This document shows positions 37,295 to 47,975 of a stretch of 64,000 nucleotides of DNA, one piece after another; within the stretch, counting starts at the first letter, position 1; the number at the start of each line of letters is the position of its first letter. The notes beneath the pieces are model-generated. The model was not told the origin of the DNA. It worked only from the letters and a program-made list of their open reading frames with translations, and ran no database searches. A program made the translations under genes and the position numbers. The stretch is from an uncultured Robinsoniella sp. (GTDB lineage: Bacteria; Bacillota; Clostridia; Lachnospirales; Lachnospiraceae): assembly GCF_900539655.1 (NCBI RefSeq), contig NZ_UQCR01000009.1; one strand, 5' to 3'.

Positions 37295-39262
37295 CTATTT
37301 CTTCTTATGCACATTCCGGATGGTTTTCTTTTTTACTGGTTTTTTCTTATCTCTTCCATTTCCGGAAGACGCACCGTTTTTCATCCCGCCTTTTCCGCCA
37401 TTTTTGTCCCATGTCTGCCTGCTATACTGTCCGGATGTGCCGGAGGCAGAGGTTTTTCCATCTCCCCTGAGTGGACGGATCAGGCACTTTTTATCAAAAC
37501 CAATCAGATCTGTCCGGTGGGCTTTTGTCAATGCCTCCGCTACCAGCTCCAGATTTTTCGGATTCCGGTATTGGATCAGCGCACGCTGCATTGCCTTTTC
37601 ATGAGGATTATTTGGTACATAAACCGGCTCCATGGTTCTTGGGTCTACTCCTGTATAATACATGCAGGTTGAAATCGTAGACGGCGTGGGATAAAAATCC
37701 TGTACCTGTTCCGGCATATAGCCCAGATCCCGGAGATATTCAGCAAGTGCCACAGCTTCCTTTAACGTAGATCCCGGATGGGATGACATCAGATAGGGCA
37801 CCAGGAACTGGTTCTTCCCGCATTTTGAATTCAGGTCTTTATATTTGTGCACAAATTTTTCATAGACGCTTCGCTCCGGTTTGCCCATTTTACTGAGCAC
37901 CTTATCAGCAATGTGCTCCGGGGCTACTTTTAACTGGCCGCTTACATGGTGCTCTACCAATTCTTTGAAAAAGGAATCATCCTGGTCATAGATCAGATAA
38001 TCGAAACGGATACCCGACCGGATAAATACTTTCTTCACATTTGGCAGATCACGCAGCTTCCGCAAAAGAGACAGATAATCACTGTGATCTACTTTCAGGT
38101 TTTTACAGGGCGCCGGGAACAGGCATTGCTTCTTTTGGCAAACCCCTTTCTCCAGCTGTTTTTCACATGCAGGCTGCCGGAAATTTGCAGTAGGTCCTCC
38201 CACGTCATGAATATATCCTTTGAAATCTTTCTCCCATATAAACTGGTTTGCCTCAGCCAGAATGGATTCGTGGCTTCTGGTCTGGATAATCCTTCCCTGA
38301 TGAAAAGTCAGCGCACAGAAACTGCACCCGCCAAAACACCCCCGATTGCTTACCAGACTGTACTTCACCTCTTCAATTGCCGGAATACCTCCCTTTTCAT
38401 CATAGGAAGGATGCCAGGTTCTCATATATCCCAGTGAATAAACCCGATCCATTTCTGACTGGCTTAAAGGCTTTGCAGGAGGGTTCTGAACCACATGCCA
38501 CCCATCTTTATAGCTTTCCACCAGGCGTTTCCCTGAGAACGGATCGGTGTTGCAATACTGGACATAGAAACTCTTTGCATAGTTCAGCTTGTCCGCTTTC
38601 AGCGCTTCAAAAGGCGGAAGTGTAATCGCATCATATACTATGGATAAATCCCTGGTTTTATAGACAGTTCCGTCAATAAATGTCAGATCTTTCATCTCGA
38701 TTCCGCTGTTAAGTGCATCCGCGATCTCCACGATGGAGCGTTCCCCCATACCGTAAGAGATCAGATCAGCGCCTGAATCCAAAAGAATAGATCTCTTCAA
38801 TGCATTCGCCCAATAATCATAGTGTGCCATTCTGCGCAGGCTGGCTTCAATACCGCCAATAATAACCGGCACATGCTTATACGACTGACGGATCAGATTA
38901 CAGTAGACAATCGTAGCATTATCCGGACGTTTCCCCATCTCCCCACCGGGACTGAACGCATCTGTCTTTCTGCGCTTCTTGGATACGGAATAATGATTCA
39001 CCATAGAATCCATATTTCCGGCTGAGACAATGAATCCAAGCCTTGGCTCTCCAAGTGCCATGATACTTTCTTTGTCCTTCCAGTCCGGCTGGGCAATGAT
39101 ACCCACTTTATATCCATTTGCCTCCAGCATACGGCTGATCACCGCATGGGCAAAGGAAGGATGATCCACATAGGCATCCCCTGTTACATATACAAAATCC
39201 AGCTGGGCAATGCCGCGAGCCTTCATATCTTCCCTGTTAACGGGCAAAAACTGCTTACTCAT
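37295..39262 (-). CDS. YgiQ (UPF0313) family radical SAM protein
   Basis: [38 protein letters not shown]. True start MSKQFLP follows AGGAG. Confidence 0.93.
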   Translation of the reverse strand: MSKQFLPVNREDMKARGIAQLDFVYVTGDAYVDHPSFAHAVISRMLEANGYKVGIIAQPDWKDKESIMALGEPRLGFIVSAGNMDSMVNHYSVSKKRRKTDAFSPGGEMGKRPDNATIVYCNLIRQSYKHVPVIIGGIEASLRRMAHYDYWANALKRSILLDSGADLISYGMGERSIVEIADALNSGIEMKDLTFIDGTVYKTRDLSIVYDAITLPPFEALKADKLNYAKSFYVQYCNTDPFSGKRLVESYKDGWHVVQNPPAKPLSQSEMDRVYSLGYMRTWHPSYDEKGGIPAIEEVKYSLVSNRGCFGGCSFCALTFHQGRIIQTRSHESILAEANQFIWEKDFKGYIHDVGGPTANFRQPACEKQLEKGVCQKKQCLFPAPCKNLKVDHSDYLSLLRKLRDLPNVKKVFIRSGIRFDYLIYDQDDSFFKELVEHHVSGQLKVAPEHIADKVLSKMGKPERSVYEKFVHKYKDLNSKCGKNQFLVPYLMSSHPGSTLKEAVALAEYLRDLGYMPEQVQDFYPTPSTISTCMYYTGVDPRTMEPVYVPNNPHEKAMQRALIQYRNPKNLELVAEALTKAHRTDLIGFDKKCLIRPLRGDGKTSASGTSGQYSRQTWDKNGGKGGMKNGASSGNGRDKKKPVKKKTIRNVHKKK

Positions 39263-39300
39263 TCGTACTCCTGTCCGCCTGCTGTCTGCAGGCTTATATC

Positions 39301-39419
39301 TATCGCAATGCCAGCGCAGATATCTAGTGTATATATTATCGCATATCCCAGCGCACATTTCTAGAACATGTATTTATCGCATATTCCAGCACTCATTTCT
39401 AGCGCATGTGTCTATCTCA
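39301..39419. repeat. Degenerate tandem repeat, ~38-bp period, three full copies plus a partial
   Basis: TATCGCA...CCAGC.C..AT.TCTAG units start at 39301, 39337 and 39375, with a partial at 39413. Confidence 0.8.
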
Positions 39420-40080
39420 AATGTTCATAAGTATGGTTCAAAACCTCATGATAATCTGTAATATAATAATTCGCAAGGGCCTTCTTTTTCTGTATCTGGC
39501 CCATGGAGAATGCATCTTCCACCGCACATACTTTCATGCCGGCGTTCTTGCCAGCCAGAATACCCATGCTGATGTCCTCGAATACCAGGCATTCCTCCGG
39601 GGCGACCCGCAGGTCCTCGCTTACCTTCAGATAAATATCAGGCGAGGGTTTTCCCTTTGCCACTTCACACGCAGTCCGCACCGCATCTATCCTGCCATTC
39701 AGGTCCTGGGCGTGCATCACTGCCTCCACAAGACCCCTGCCGTTACTGGTCGCAATTCCTGTTTTGATGCTGCGCCGTTTCAGCTCATCCAGAAACTCAG
39801 ATGCACCGGGTTTCAGCGGCACTTCATTGGCATACTTGTCATACGCCATCTCCATCCAGTCCTGTTTGATCTCTTCAGTGGTTTTCGGAAGAAAAAATGC
39901 GGTTCTGAAATAATCAGCGGTCTCTGTAAAACTCATTCCCTCAATCGCCTCATGAAGTCCTGCCGGTACCTGAATCTGAAACCTGTTCAGATATTCTATA
40001 TCAATCTTCGGCCACATCCACATGGAATCAGCCAAAGTTCCGTCTAAGTCAAATATCACCGCTCTTATTCCTTCTAACAT
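39412..40080 (-). CDS. HAD family phosphatase
   Basis: FDLDGTLADS, ATS, KPSPDIY, VFED. Confidence 0.92.
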   Translation of the reverse strand: MLEGIRAVIFDLDGTLADSMWMWPKIDIEYLNRFQIQVPAGLHEAIEGMSFTETADYFRTAFFLPKTTEEIKQDWMEMAYDKYANEVPLKPGASEFLDELKRRSIKTGIATSNGRGLVEAVMHAQDLNGRIDAVRTACEVAKGKPSPDIYLKVSEDLRVAPEECLVFEDISMGILAGKNAGMKVCAVEDAFSMGQIQKKKALANYYITDYHEVLNHTYEHLR

Positions 40081-40796
40081 CCGCTTCCTCCGATCCTTTC
40101 TATTTCCTCTCTGGTTAAGGGGCGGTATTCGCCCTTCTTAAGATGTTCATCCAGGCTGATCGCACCCATAGACAGGCGTTTTAGATACAGTACCTGCTTA
40201 TCCACTGCTTCAAACATCCTTTTCACCTGGTGAAACCTGCCTTCCCGTATGGTCAGACACACTTCTGATACTTCTCCGCTTTTCATGATTTCAAGTTTAG
40301 CCGGCAAAGTGGGTTTCTCTTCCCCGATATCAACGCCCTGCAAAAAAGCCTGCTGGTCTGTTTCGGTTACCAAGCCATCCACCTTTGCATAATAAGTTTT
40401 GTCCACATGTTTTCTCGGGGAAAGCAATTCATGGGCAAGTGCACCGTCATTTGTAATTAACAACAGGCCTTCTGTATCTTTATCCAGCCTGCCCACCGGG
40501 AAGAGTTCCTCCTTTTTCCCGGAAGTAATAAAATCCATTACCGTCTGATGCAGATTGTCCTGCGTTGCTGTCACACAACCCGCAGGCTTATGGAACATAT
40601 AATATTCATATTTCTGATAGGTCAGCGCATTTTGTCCGACACATACCTCATCCCTGTCTGCATCCACCTTCATCTCCGGCTTTTTCACAACTTCACCATT
40701 GACGCTTACCAATCCTTTCCGGATCTGGCTCTTTACCTCTGTCCTGGTTCCCGCTCCTGCGTTTGCCAGGTATTTATCTAATCTTATCAGACTCAT
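40074..40796 (-). CDS. rsuA: RsuA-family pseudouridine synthase
   Basis: RLDKYL S4 domain, GRLDKDTEGLL, EGRFHQVKRM. Confidence 0.88.
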   Translation of the reverse strand: MSLIRLDKYLANAGAGTRTEVKSQIRKGLVSVNGEVVKKPEMKVDADRDEVCVGQNALTYQKYEYYMFHKPAGCVTATQDNLHQTVMDFITSGKKEELFPVGRLDKDTEGLLLITNDGALAHELLSPRKHVDKTYYAKVDGLVTETDQQAFLQGVDIGEEKPTLPAKLEIMKSGEVSEVCLTIREGRFHQVKRMFEAVDKQVLYLKRLSMGAISLDEHLKKGEYRPLTREEIERIGGSGC

Positions 40797-42179
40797 TTAC
40801 TGCATTCTCCATCCGGGGTAGTATTTATTCTTCAGCGAGCCACCCGCTGCTTTGGCAAATCCCAGCGGATATCCGTCCACACAGACAAGAATCCAGCCCT
40901 TTAACCCCTTTGCCTCATCATCCTCAAGTTCAATCGTTTCACCTTTTAAATATTTCACTGCCCGTTCATCGCTGCCAGAAAAAGAGATGCTGTATTTTGC
41001 CTGTTCTCTTTTCAGGCTCATAGCCAGTGCCTGGCTTGGCTCAAAACGGTTTTTCTTCACCTCGCCCAGATATAATCCGGTGCGTAAAAACCGCAGTCCC
41101 CGGATATTGCCGAGAGCTTTTGGTATGGCATACACCCGGTTATCATAGACGGTAATTATCCTGCCTGCCAGTTCGGTATCCAGATACTGGTCAAAAAATT
41201 CCTGGCACTCTTTAGGCAGCACTATTTTTTTCTTTTTCTGCTTCGCTGCTGACCCGGCTGAAGGAAAATCGCCATTCTTTTTTAATAGCGCTGCAAAGTG
41301 CCCCTCTCCCGCCATTTTATGGGGCCAGATCCGAACACAGTTCTCCAACTGCACATTTCCATCTGCTGCTCCTGGAATTCCTTTATCGAATCCCTCATAG
41401 CCTTTCATGGGCATCACCTCAAAGTCGGGTCTTTCATTCAGAAGATACGCAATGGAACACTCATCCTCCAGCGAGGAAAAGGTACAGGTAGAATAGAGCA
41501 TTAATCCACCCGGTTTTAACATATCGGCTGCCGTCAGCAATATTTCCTTTTGGATCCCGGCATAATACTTGGGTCCATGTTCCAGCCAGCTCTTTACCAT
41601 AGCCGGGTCTTTACGGAACATCCCTTCACCGGAACAGGGCGCATCAATTAATATCTTGTCAAAAAATTCTCTGAAATAAGGCAGCAGCTTCTGCGGCGTT
41701 TCGCTGGTAACCAGTATCCCCGGTATTCCGAATAATTCCAGATTCTTCAACAGTCCTTTTGCCCTGGAATTGCTGATATCATTGGCAACCAGCACTCCCG
41801 TACCCTTTAATTTTGCCCCCAGCTCCGTTGCTTTTCCACCGGGTGCCGCGCAGAGATCCAGCACACAGTCCCCTTCCGATACCGGAAGCCTGTCTGCTGG
41901 TATCATCGCACTTGGTTCCTGCACATAGTATAACCCTGCATGGTAATGGGGATGTTTCGTAACGGCCTGCGAGTCGTCATAAAAGAATCCATTTTCCACC
42001 CAGGGTATTGGTTTTAATGAAAAAGGCGTCAGCTTCAAAAATTCTTCCACCGTTATCTTGCTTGTATTCACCCGGAGTCCATGAACCCGGTCCTGCCCCG
42101 CGCTGTTTAAATAAGCTTCATATTCCTCTGCTCCCAGCAGTTCCTTCATGGAATCCGCAAATTCCTGTGGTAAATTCAT
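40797..42179 (-). CDS. rsmF: RsmF/NOL1/NOP2 family RNA m5C methyltransferase
   Basis: QEPSAM, DLCAAPGGK, DAPCSGEG, YSTCT, LKNKY. Confidence 0.88.
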   Translation of the reverse strand: MNLPQEFADSMKELLGAEEYEAYLNSAGQDRVHGLRVNTSKITVEEFLKLTPFSLKPIPWVENGFFYDDSQAVTKHPHYHAGLYYVQEPSAMIPADRLPVSEGDCVLDLCAAPGGKATELGAKLKGTGVLVANDISNSRAKGLLKNLELFGIPGILVTSETPQKLLPYFREFFDKILIDAPCSGEGMFRKDPAMVKSWLEHGPKYYAGIQKEILLTAADMLKPGGLMLYSTCTFSSLEDECSIAYLLNERPDFEVMPMKGYEGFDKGIPGAADGNVQLENCVRIWPHKMAGEGHFAALLKKNGDFPSAGSAAKQKKKKIVLPKECQEFFDQYLDTELAGRIITVYDNRVYAIPKALGNIRGLRFLRTGLYLGEVKKNRFEPSQALAMSLKREQAKYSISFSGSDERAVKYLKGETIELEDDEAKGLKGWILVCVDGYPLGFAKAAGGSLKNKYYPGWRMQ

Positions 42180-42236
42180 CCATTGCTCCTTTTCAAAGAG
42201 CGTGTGCACACTCTTATATATGTATTTTATTTCCCC

Positions 42237-42302
42237 GGGTGTGTCTGTATCCTGCTTTCTGCAAAATATCCGTCACACTCAGTGGATTTTTCAAACACGC
42301 TC
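42237..42302. repeat. AGAGCGTGTTT-family element overlapping the stop codon of the alarmone synthetase gene
   Basis: GGGTGTGTCTG...TTTTTCAAACACGCTC. A collapsed copy AAGAGCGTGTGCACACTCTT lies at 42196-42215. Confidence 0.6.
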
Positions 42303-43100
42303 CAGTGACTGGGCGCGGTATCCTTCTGCAATAATATCCAGCTGCTTGTGAAACCGTTCCAGCTGTTCAATATCATTCAGTTCATAGATACGGTAAAATT
42401 CATCCTGGATCTTAATAATCTCTCTCTTATTCGCCAGATGGTACAGATTCTGTATGTTGTTCAATATATCTGATACCAGATTCGCCTGAATCTGAAAAGA
42501 ATTCTGTGCATCCATGATCTCACTGCGTACAGATGACATCTCATTGTCCAATACGATAATCGCATCTGCCGCTTTGCTTAATTTCATGCGGATATGCTCC
42601 GGAATATTGCGTTTATATTTATACTGCAGTGAATGCTCGATTGTAGACCAGAAATTCATTGCAAGCGTTCTGATCTGTATCTCAACCTGAATCCTTTTAC
42701 TGCCGGCAAGGGTCTGGACTTCATAGTAGACAATCATATGATAGCTGCGGTATCCGCTGGATTTCATATTTGTGATGTAATCCTTTTCGCTCTTGACAGA
42801 CATGTCAGTTCGATTGCGGATAATCTCCACAACTTTTTCGATATCCTCCACAAACTGGCAGATTATACGTACCCCTGCTATATCATCTAATTTTTCTTCT
42901 ATTTCATTCAGCGGTATTCTCTTTTTCTGTGCCTTCTCCAATATGCTGGATATGGCTTTTACCCGCCCCATAACCTGTTCTATCGGTGAATACTTCCCCC
43001 GTGCCCGATGCTCTCTGATCAGATGCTCAAACTTTACGGTCAGCTCATTCACTGCTAATTCATATGGATCCAGTATTTCTCTCCATAATTGTATTTCCAT
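42291..43100 (-). CDS. Small alarmone (ppGpp) synthetase, RelQ/YjbM-like
   Basis: RVKAISSILEK, DIAGVRI, SGYRSYH, EIQIRT, EHSLQYK. Confidence 0.92.
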   Translation of the reverse strand: MEIQLWREILDPYELAVNELTVKFEHLIREHRARGKYSPIEQVMGRVKAISSILEKAQKKRIPLNEIEEKLDDIAGVRIICQFVEDIEKVVEIIRNRTDMSVKSEKDYITNMKSSGYRSYHMIVYYEVQTLAGSKRIQVEIQIRTLAMNFWSTIEHSLQYKYKRNIPEHIRMKLSKAADAIIVLDNEMSSVRSEIMDAQNSFQIQANLVSDILNNIQNLYHLANKREIIKIQDEFYRIYELNDIEQLERFHKQLDIIAEGYRAQSLERV

Positions 43101-43151
43101 ATACCTGATTCTCCTCTTAACTTTAATAATTCCCCTTAATATTTTAGTATA

Positions 43152-44027
43152 TCATACTTCATATGCATATTTCAACTTTCGATCTTCTAAATAGCGAAGA
43201 ATCCAGTAGGGGTTAACACTGACTTCTTCCTTCCTTGCGGTCTTAATATAGATGCCAAAATGCAGATGTACGTCAAAATTCCCGGTAGTACCCTCAATTT
43301 TACTATAACCGGTATCTCCCATATATCCCAGAAGTTCTCCTGCCTGTACCTCATCACCTTTTTTGAAAACCCCCGCATAAGAACTCAGATGGGCATAGTA
43401 GAAATATCCTCCATGCTCTGAACGTATACCGATACGCCATCCGCCTTTTTCCAGCCATCCCACCTGTTCTACAACACCGCTTGATACGCTGACCACCGGA
43501 TACTTCCCTCTGATATTTTCTTTCGGGAAAATATCGGTCCCTTCATGCCCCCGTTTGCCGCCATAATTGCGCTCCAGCATCCAGGAATCCTCGAAGGAGG
43601 TCTGGGGTTCTGTATCCGTGGTACTGTCCGGTACAGGATAATACATGACATCCTCCCATACAGCTGCATAACTTTGCTGAATCTCCTGCAGCGCATGTAA
43701 ATTATATGCCTGAAAATATGTCCGCCATAGATAATAATCCGAAGGCGTAAGCACAGACGTTTTCACATTTTCCAAATCAAACTGATATTTCGGCATCCAC
43801 ACAGACAGCAAATCATAGACCGGCACATCTTCCGATTTACTGATTTCCAGCAGCCGTCTGTAATTATCCTCCCCGATTTTCTGACTGCGAAATCCCATTG
43901 TCTCATTGGACTGATACGTTAAATTGAATATTTTTCCCTGGGTATGTAAATAATCGATGCATCCATAACAAAAAATGCTCACCAGAATAATTACAAAGAT
44001 ATTTCGAAGAAGCTTTATTTTACTCAT
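43152..44027 (-). CDS. M23 family metallopeptidase (LytH-like, probably sporulation)
   Basis: HEGTD, YYAHL, GYMGDTG, HLH, N-terminal TM. Confidence 0.88.
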   Translation of the reverse strand: MSKIKLLRNIFVIILVSIFCYGCIDYLHTQGKIFNLTYQSNETMGFRSQKIGEDNYRRLLEISKSEDVPVYDLLSVWMPKYQFDLENVKTSVLTPSDYYLWRTYFQAYNLHALQEIQQSYAAVWEDVMYYPVPDSTTDTEPQTSFEDSWMLERNYGGKRGHEGTDIFPKENIRGKYPVVSVSSGVVEQVGWLEKGGWRIGIRSEHGGYFYYAHLSSYAGVFKKGDEVQAGELLGYMGDTGYSKIEGTTGNFDVHLHFGIYIKTARKEEVSVNPYWILRYLEDRKLKYAYEV

Positions 44028-44061
44028 TTATTGGACGCACAGGCTTTCTATTCTCCTGATT

Positions 44062-44142
44062 AATATATGCGTAAAATATCTGATTTAGAATCAAAAATTG
44101 ACATTTTTTCAGGAATGAATCTCTCCAGGCTCTTCATATACT
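44062..44142. promoter_or_regulatory. Divergent SigE-like sporulation promoters
   Basis: Minus strand TTCTAA-N15-CATATATT (M23 gene). Plus strand ATGAAT-N14-CATATACT (ylbJ-like gene). Confidence 0.5.
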
Positions 44143-44318
44143 ATAAAAAACATATTCGCGCTGTCTGACGTAAGTCAAATACCCCGCAGCAAGCTGCAGG
44201 GTATCCGGCCCTGCGGCAGTCACCAAATGAACTTGCAAGCATGCCCATTTGGCTCGTTGCCCACAGGAATAACTACTTATATTGTTATTTATGCCAGATA
44301 GCCACAGGTACAGCATCT

Positions 44319-45245
44319 ATGAAAAAAATGCTCTATGGCCTGGTCATAACGACCGCACTGATCTTCCTCTATCTTTGCCCAGCAGACGGCTTTGACGCCT
44401 CGCTTGCCGGACTGCTCCTCTGGTTCCAGACACTGGTGCCTACGCTTCTTCCACTTATGATCCTCTCCAACCTGATTATTAATCTGGGGCTGATCGAACC
44501 GCTTATGTTTCTGTTTGCCCCCATCTTTCGATTTCTGTTCGGCGTGAGTACAAACGGAAGCTATGCGCTCACTGTGGGATTTTTCTGCGGATACCCCATG
44601 GGTGCCAAGGTCATTGCAGACCTTACCAATGAAAAACAGATAACCCTTCCCGAAGCAGAGTATCTACTGGGGTTTTGCAACAATGTAAGCCCAATGTTCA
44701 TTATCAATTTTCTGGTATTGGAACATCTTCATAAGGAAGAACTGATTATTCCCACTATTGTAATCATATACGGTGCTCCTCTACTCTATGGATTGTTTAC
44801 CGGCATCCGATGCAGAAAACAATTCCGAGAATCAACTTCTTTACATACAAATACAGCACCTACCACGACATTGAATTTTGGACTGGTAGATGCCTGTATT
44901 ATGAACGGTATATTAAATATCACAAAACTGGGGGGATACATTATGCTCTTTGCCATTCTGGCAAAAATCGTATTATATCTGCCCATCTCGAATGCAGTCA
45001 TAAAAGCGTTCCTGGTCGGCATCATGGAAGTGACCAATGGGATTCATACCATATCTATGGAAAATGCATCCTTTACCATCCAATACCTGCTTCTGATTGC
45101 AATCTGCTCTTTTGGCGGATTATCTTCAATTGCTCAGACAGAAAGCATGATACACGAAAGCGGTCTTCGCCTTTCCAAATATGTAATATCAAAGCTCATT
45201 ATTACCGTCATCGCACTTGCTCTTGCCGCATGTTTTCTGCTGTAA
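44319..45245 (+). CDS. ylbJ: Sporulation integral membrane protein, YlbJ-like (nucleoside recognition/gate domain)
   Basis: GLLLWFQTLVPTLLP, GYPMGAK, FCNNVSPMF, EVTNG, FGGLS. Confidence 0.85.
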   Translation: MKKMLYGLVITTALIFLYLCPADGFDASLAGLLLWFQTLVPTLLPLMILSNLIINLGLIEPLMFLFAPIFRFLFGVSTNGSYALTVGFFCGYPMGAKVIADLTNEKQITLPEAEYLLGFCNNVSPMFIINFLVLEHLHKEELIIPTIVIIYGAPLLYGLFTGIRCRKQFRESTSLHTNTAPTTTLNFGLVDACIMNGILNITKLGGYIMLFAILAKIVLYLPISNAVIKAFLVGIMEVTNGIHTISMENASFTIQYLLLIAICSFGGLSSIAQTESMIHESGLRLSKYVISKLIITVIALALAACFLL

Positions 45246-45275
45246 AAATTTTAACCCAAGCGTTTAATTAAACAC

Positions 45276-45878
45276 TTATTCTGCAGCTTCGCCTTCGCCG
45301 CTCTCTTCCATTGCTGTTGCAACATAGTTATTGGGAACAGACTGCGGAGACAGTTCGCTGCGGTTTTTATTTACAATATCATAACAAGACTGAATGGAAT
45401 TCAGGAAGGTATTGTATTTAGCACCTGCCGTATCAATTGTATGGCTCATAATTTTCTCTAAGTTCTCCAGCATCTCATCTGTATACTGAATCGCACTCAT
45501 GCGGATACTGTTAGCATCATTTGTTGCATTATCCAGAATTTCCTGTGCCTGGCGGTTAGTGTGTTCCAGAAGTGCATTGGACTGTGCCACTGCCTGCTGC
45601 ATAATTTCGTCCTGGCTGATCATCTGCTGCTGCTGTGAAGTAGCATCTGCAAGCATACTGTCTGCTTTTGCCTGGGCATCTGCCAGTATCGCGTCCTTAT
45701 TACTTATAATCTTCTGATATCTCTTTATCTCATCCGGAGTCTTCATACGAAGTTCTCTGAGTAATTCTTCCAGTTCTTCTTTATTTACAACAATTTTAGT
45801 AGAAGACAAAGGCTGAAATTTACAACTGTCTACATACTCTTCAATTTCTTCAATAATTTGTTCGATTCTGCTGCTCAT
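45276..45878 (-). CDS. Conserved coiled-coil protein downstream of coaD (DivIVA/ATPase-subunit-like)
   Basis: Helical Q/A/E-rich sequence, translationally coupled to coaD. Confidence 0.7.
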   Translation of the reverse strand: MSSRIEQIIEEIEEYVDSCKFQPLSSTKIVVNKEELEELLRELRMKTPDEIKRYQKIISNKDAILADAQAKADSMLADATSQQQQMISQDEIMQQAVAQSNALLEHTNRQAQEILDNATNDANSIRMSAIQYTDEMLENLEKIMSHTIDTAGAKYNTFLNSIQSCYDIVNKNRSELSPQSVPNNYVATAMEESGEGEAAE

Positions 45879-46381
45879 TATAATCTCTCCTTATTATTCT
45901 TTCTTTCCCATATTTTATTATAAATTCTATCAACTACGACTGGTGGAACAAATTTCGAAATATCTCCGCCATAAGCGGCTACTTCCTTCACAGTTGTCGA
46001 ACTCAAATAAGCATATTCCAAACTTGTTGTAAGAAATATAGTATCGATATCCTGATCCATAATACGGTTCGTCTGTGCCATCTGCAGTTCATAGTCAAAG
46101 TCTGTTATCGCCCTAAGTCCCCTTACGATAAACCTTGCATCACATTTTTTCACAAAATCTATGGACAGTCCCGTAAACGATTCAATACGGATATTCGTTA
46201 TGTCTTTTGTCGCTTCAAGTAATATATTAACACGTTCCTCTACAGAAAACAACGGGGTTTTTGTATTATTATTCAAAACTCCTACGATCAGCTCGTCCAC
46301 TAATGCTGCCGAACGTGCCATGACATCCAGATGTCCAAACGTTACCGGATCAAAACTTCCCGGATACACTGCTCTTCTCAT
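45878..46381 (-). CDS. coaD: Phosphopantetheine adenylyltransferase
   Basis: [32 protein letters not shown]. Confidence 0.97.
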   Translation of the reverse strand: MRRAVYPGSFDPVTFGHLDVMARSAALVDELIVGVLNNNTKTPLFSVEERVNILLEATKDITNIRIESFTGLSIDFVKKCDARFIVRGLRAITDFDYELQMAQTNRIMDQDIDTIFLTTSLEYAYLSSTTVKEVAAYGGDISKFVPPVVVDRIYNKIWERKNNKERL

Positions 46382-46944
46382 GCTAATCTCCCTTCGGCCC
46401 GCTTTATGAAGACGTGGGCGTTTGTCTTATATTCTTTATACTTTTCGATTATATAGCCAATACTTTCCAGGTATGAGAAATCTGTCTCTTTCGATGCTTC
46501 CACGATAATCAGGGTATCTTCCGTAATACAGGAAGAATCCGTGAATGCTTCAAGGACACGTCTTTCCCACTCCAGATTATAAGGAGGATCCATAAACACA
46601 ATATCGAATGGTTCCTGACCTTCTAACTTATGTATTGCACTAATGGCATCACAGGGCATTACCTGCGCCCGTTCATTAAGCTTTGTAAATTTGAGATTCT
46701 CTTTAATACACTCCACAGCCCCGCGGTTATTTTCTGAAAATACAGCGAAGGACGCCCCACGGCTTAATGCCTCAATTCCAATAGCCCCGCTTCCGCTGAA
46801 CAAATCTAAAAACCTGCAGTCATAAATATCATTTTGCAGCATATTAAACAAAGTCTCTTTTATCCTGTCTGTCGTAGGCCTGGTATCAAGTCCAGGTACC
46901 GTTTTCAAAGGCAGGCGTTTCGCCGTCCCTGCAACTACTCTCAT
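46378..46944 (-). CDS. rsmD: 16S rRNA m2G966 methyltransferase
   Basis: [27 protein letters not shown]. Confidence 0.96.
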   Translation of the reverse strand: MRVVAGTAKRLPLKTVPGLDTRPTTDRIKETLFNMLQNDIYDCRFLDLFSGSGAIGIEALSRGASFAVFSENNRGAVECIKENLKFTKLNERAQVMPCDAISAIHKLEGQEPFDIVFMDPPYNLEWERRVLEAFTDSSCITEDTLIIVEASKETDFSYLESIGYIIEKYKEYKTNAHVFIKRAEGRLA

Positions 46945-47143
46945 AGAATCTTCCTACCTTTATTGTAATGTTATTCCGTACTATTATAGTTGTTTTTTGG
47001 TGTTCATGTCAATTACTTTTGTTGACATTTATGGTAGAATTAAGAAAATCCGCAGATAATCCCACAGTCACTGGAGAAATAGGTGGAAATTGGCAGATAT
47101 GGCATGAAATTTAAATCAGATAAAATTCCCTCATGATAACCTT

Positions 47144-47236
47144 ATAAGAGCGTATTTCAAAATTTCTTCGATCCGGATATATGCTGCTCAAAAAGAAAGC
47201 ATAAAGAGATCAAATAATTTGGAAACACGCTCTTAT
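47144..47236. repeat. AGAGCGTGTTT-family inverted-repeat element (MITE/REP-like)
   Basis: ATAAGAGCGTATTTCAAAATT...AATTTGGAAACACGCTCTTAT, 19 of 21 positions complementary. Confidence 0.75.
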
Positions 47237-47288
47237 TCATTTAGCTGAAAAATCCCGCCCATTACATGCGGGAATAGCTGAATAAGTA

Positions 47289-47948
47289 TTAATTTAAATA
47301 ATGCTCCAGATCGCCGGTTACGATAAAAGAAACCCACTCTGCTATATTGGTGGAGTGATCCGCCATACGTTCCACATACTTTACAATAAGCAGATAGTCC
47401 GTATATGCTTTGATCGCTTCCGGATTGTGTTTCATTGCCACACAGAGTTCATCTTTAATCCGGAAGAAATAATCATCCACAGTATCGTCCATGGCGATAA
47501 TTTTTTCAATAGGCCACACATCTTCTTTCACAAAACACTGGATGGTCATATTTACCATCTTTTTCATGGCTCCTATCATCTCTGTAATCCCTCCTGGCAT
47601 GGGCACAGGATCTTCTTTCGCCAATTCAATGATATATTCTGAAATATCACTGCAATGGTCTGCTATACGCTCAATATCTGCTATTAACCGCATAATGGAT
47701 GTTACTCTTCTAAGGTCTGTGGCTACCGGCTGCTGCTTTGCAACAATACGGATACAGGCTTTCTCTGTCTCACGTTCCAGACAGTCCATTTCATCATCCT
47801 GCTCCATAATTGCCTTTGCCAGTTCCGCGTCCGTTTCCGAAAGCGCCTTTATAACTTTGTTAATCAGGACTTCTAAAAGTAACCCCATTTTTTCTACATT
47901 CAGCGTAATATCATCTAATTCCGCTATATAAGATTTTCTGGTTGTCAT
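47289..47948 (-). CDS. phoU: Phosphate signalling protein PhoU
   Basis: QQPVATDLR, DIERIADH, ERMADHSTNIAE. Follows pstB. Confidence 0.95.
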   Translation of the reverse strand: MTTRKSYIAELDDITLNVEKMGLLLEVLINKVIKALSETDAELAKAIMEQDDEMDCLERETEKACIRIVAKQQPVATDLRRVTSIMRLIADIERIADHCSDISEYIIELAKEDPVPMPGGITEMIGAMKKMVNMTIQCFVKEDVWPIEKIIAMDDTVDDYFFRIKDELCVAMKHNPEAIKAYTDYLLIVKYVERMADHSTNIAEWVSFIVTGDLEHYLN

Positions 47949-47975
47949 AAAACTAGTTCCCCTTTCTGACATCTA

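Noticed and set aside
39301..39419. CRISPR array
   Set aside because: The variable segments are only ~9-10 nt, the repeats are degenerate, and there are no cas genes or leader. It is a tandem repeat.
39406..40047. 213-aa plus-strand ORF and similar long antisense ORFs (e.g. 48396-49103, 50054-50599, 29523-30041)
   Set aside because: They lie opposite well-supported conserved genes and show no motifs.
44193..44217. GCTGCAGGG/CCCTGCGGC hairpin in the ylbJ leader as a riboswitch
   Set aside because: A single hairpin with no recognisable aptamer motif or expression platform.
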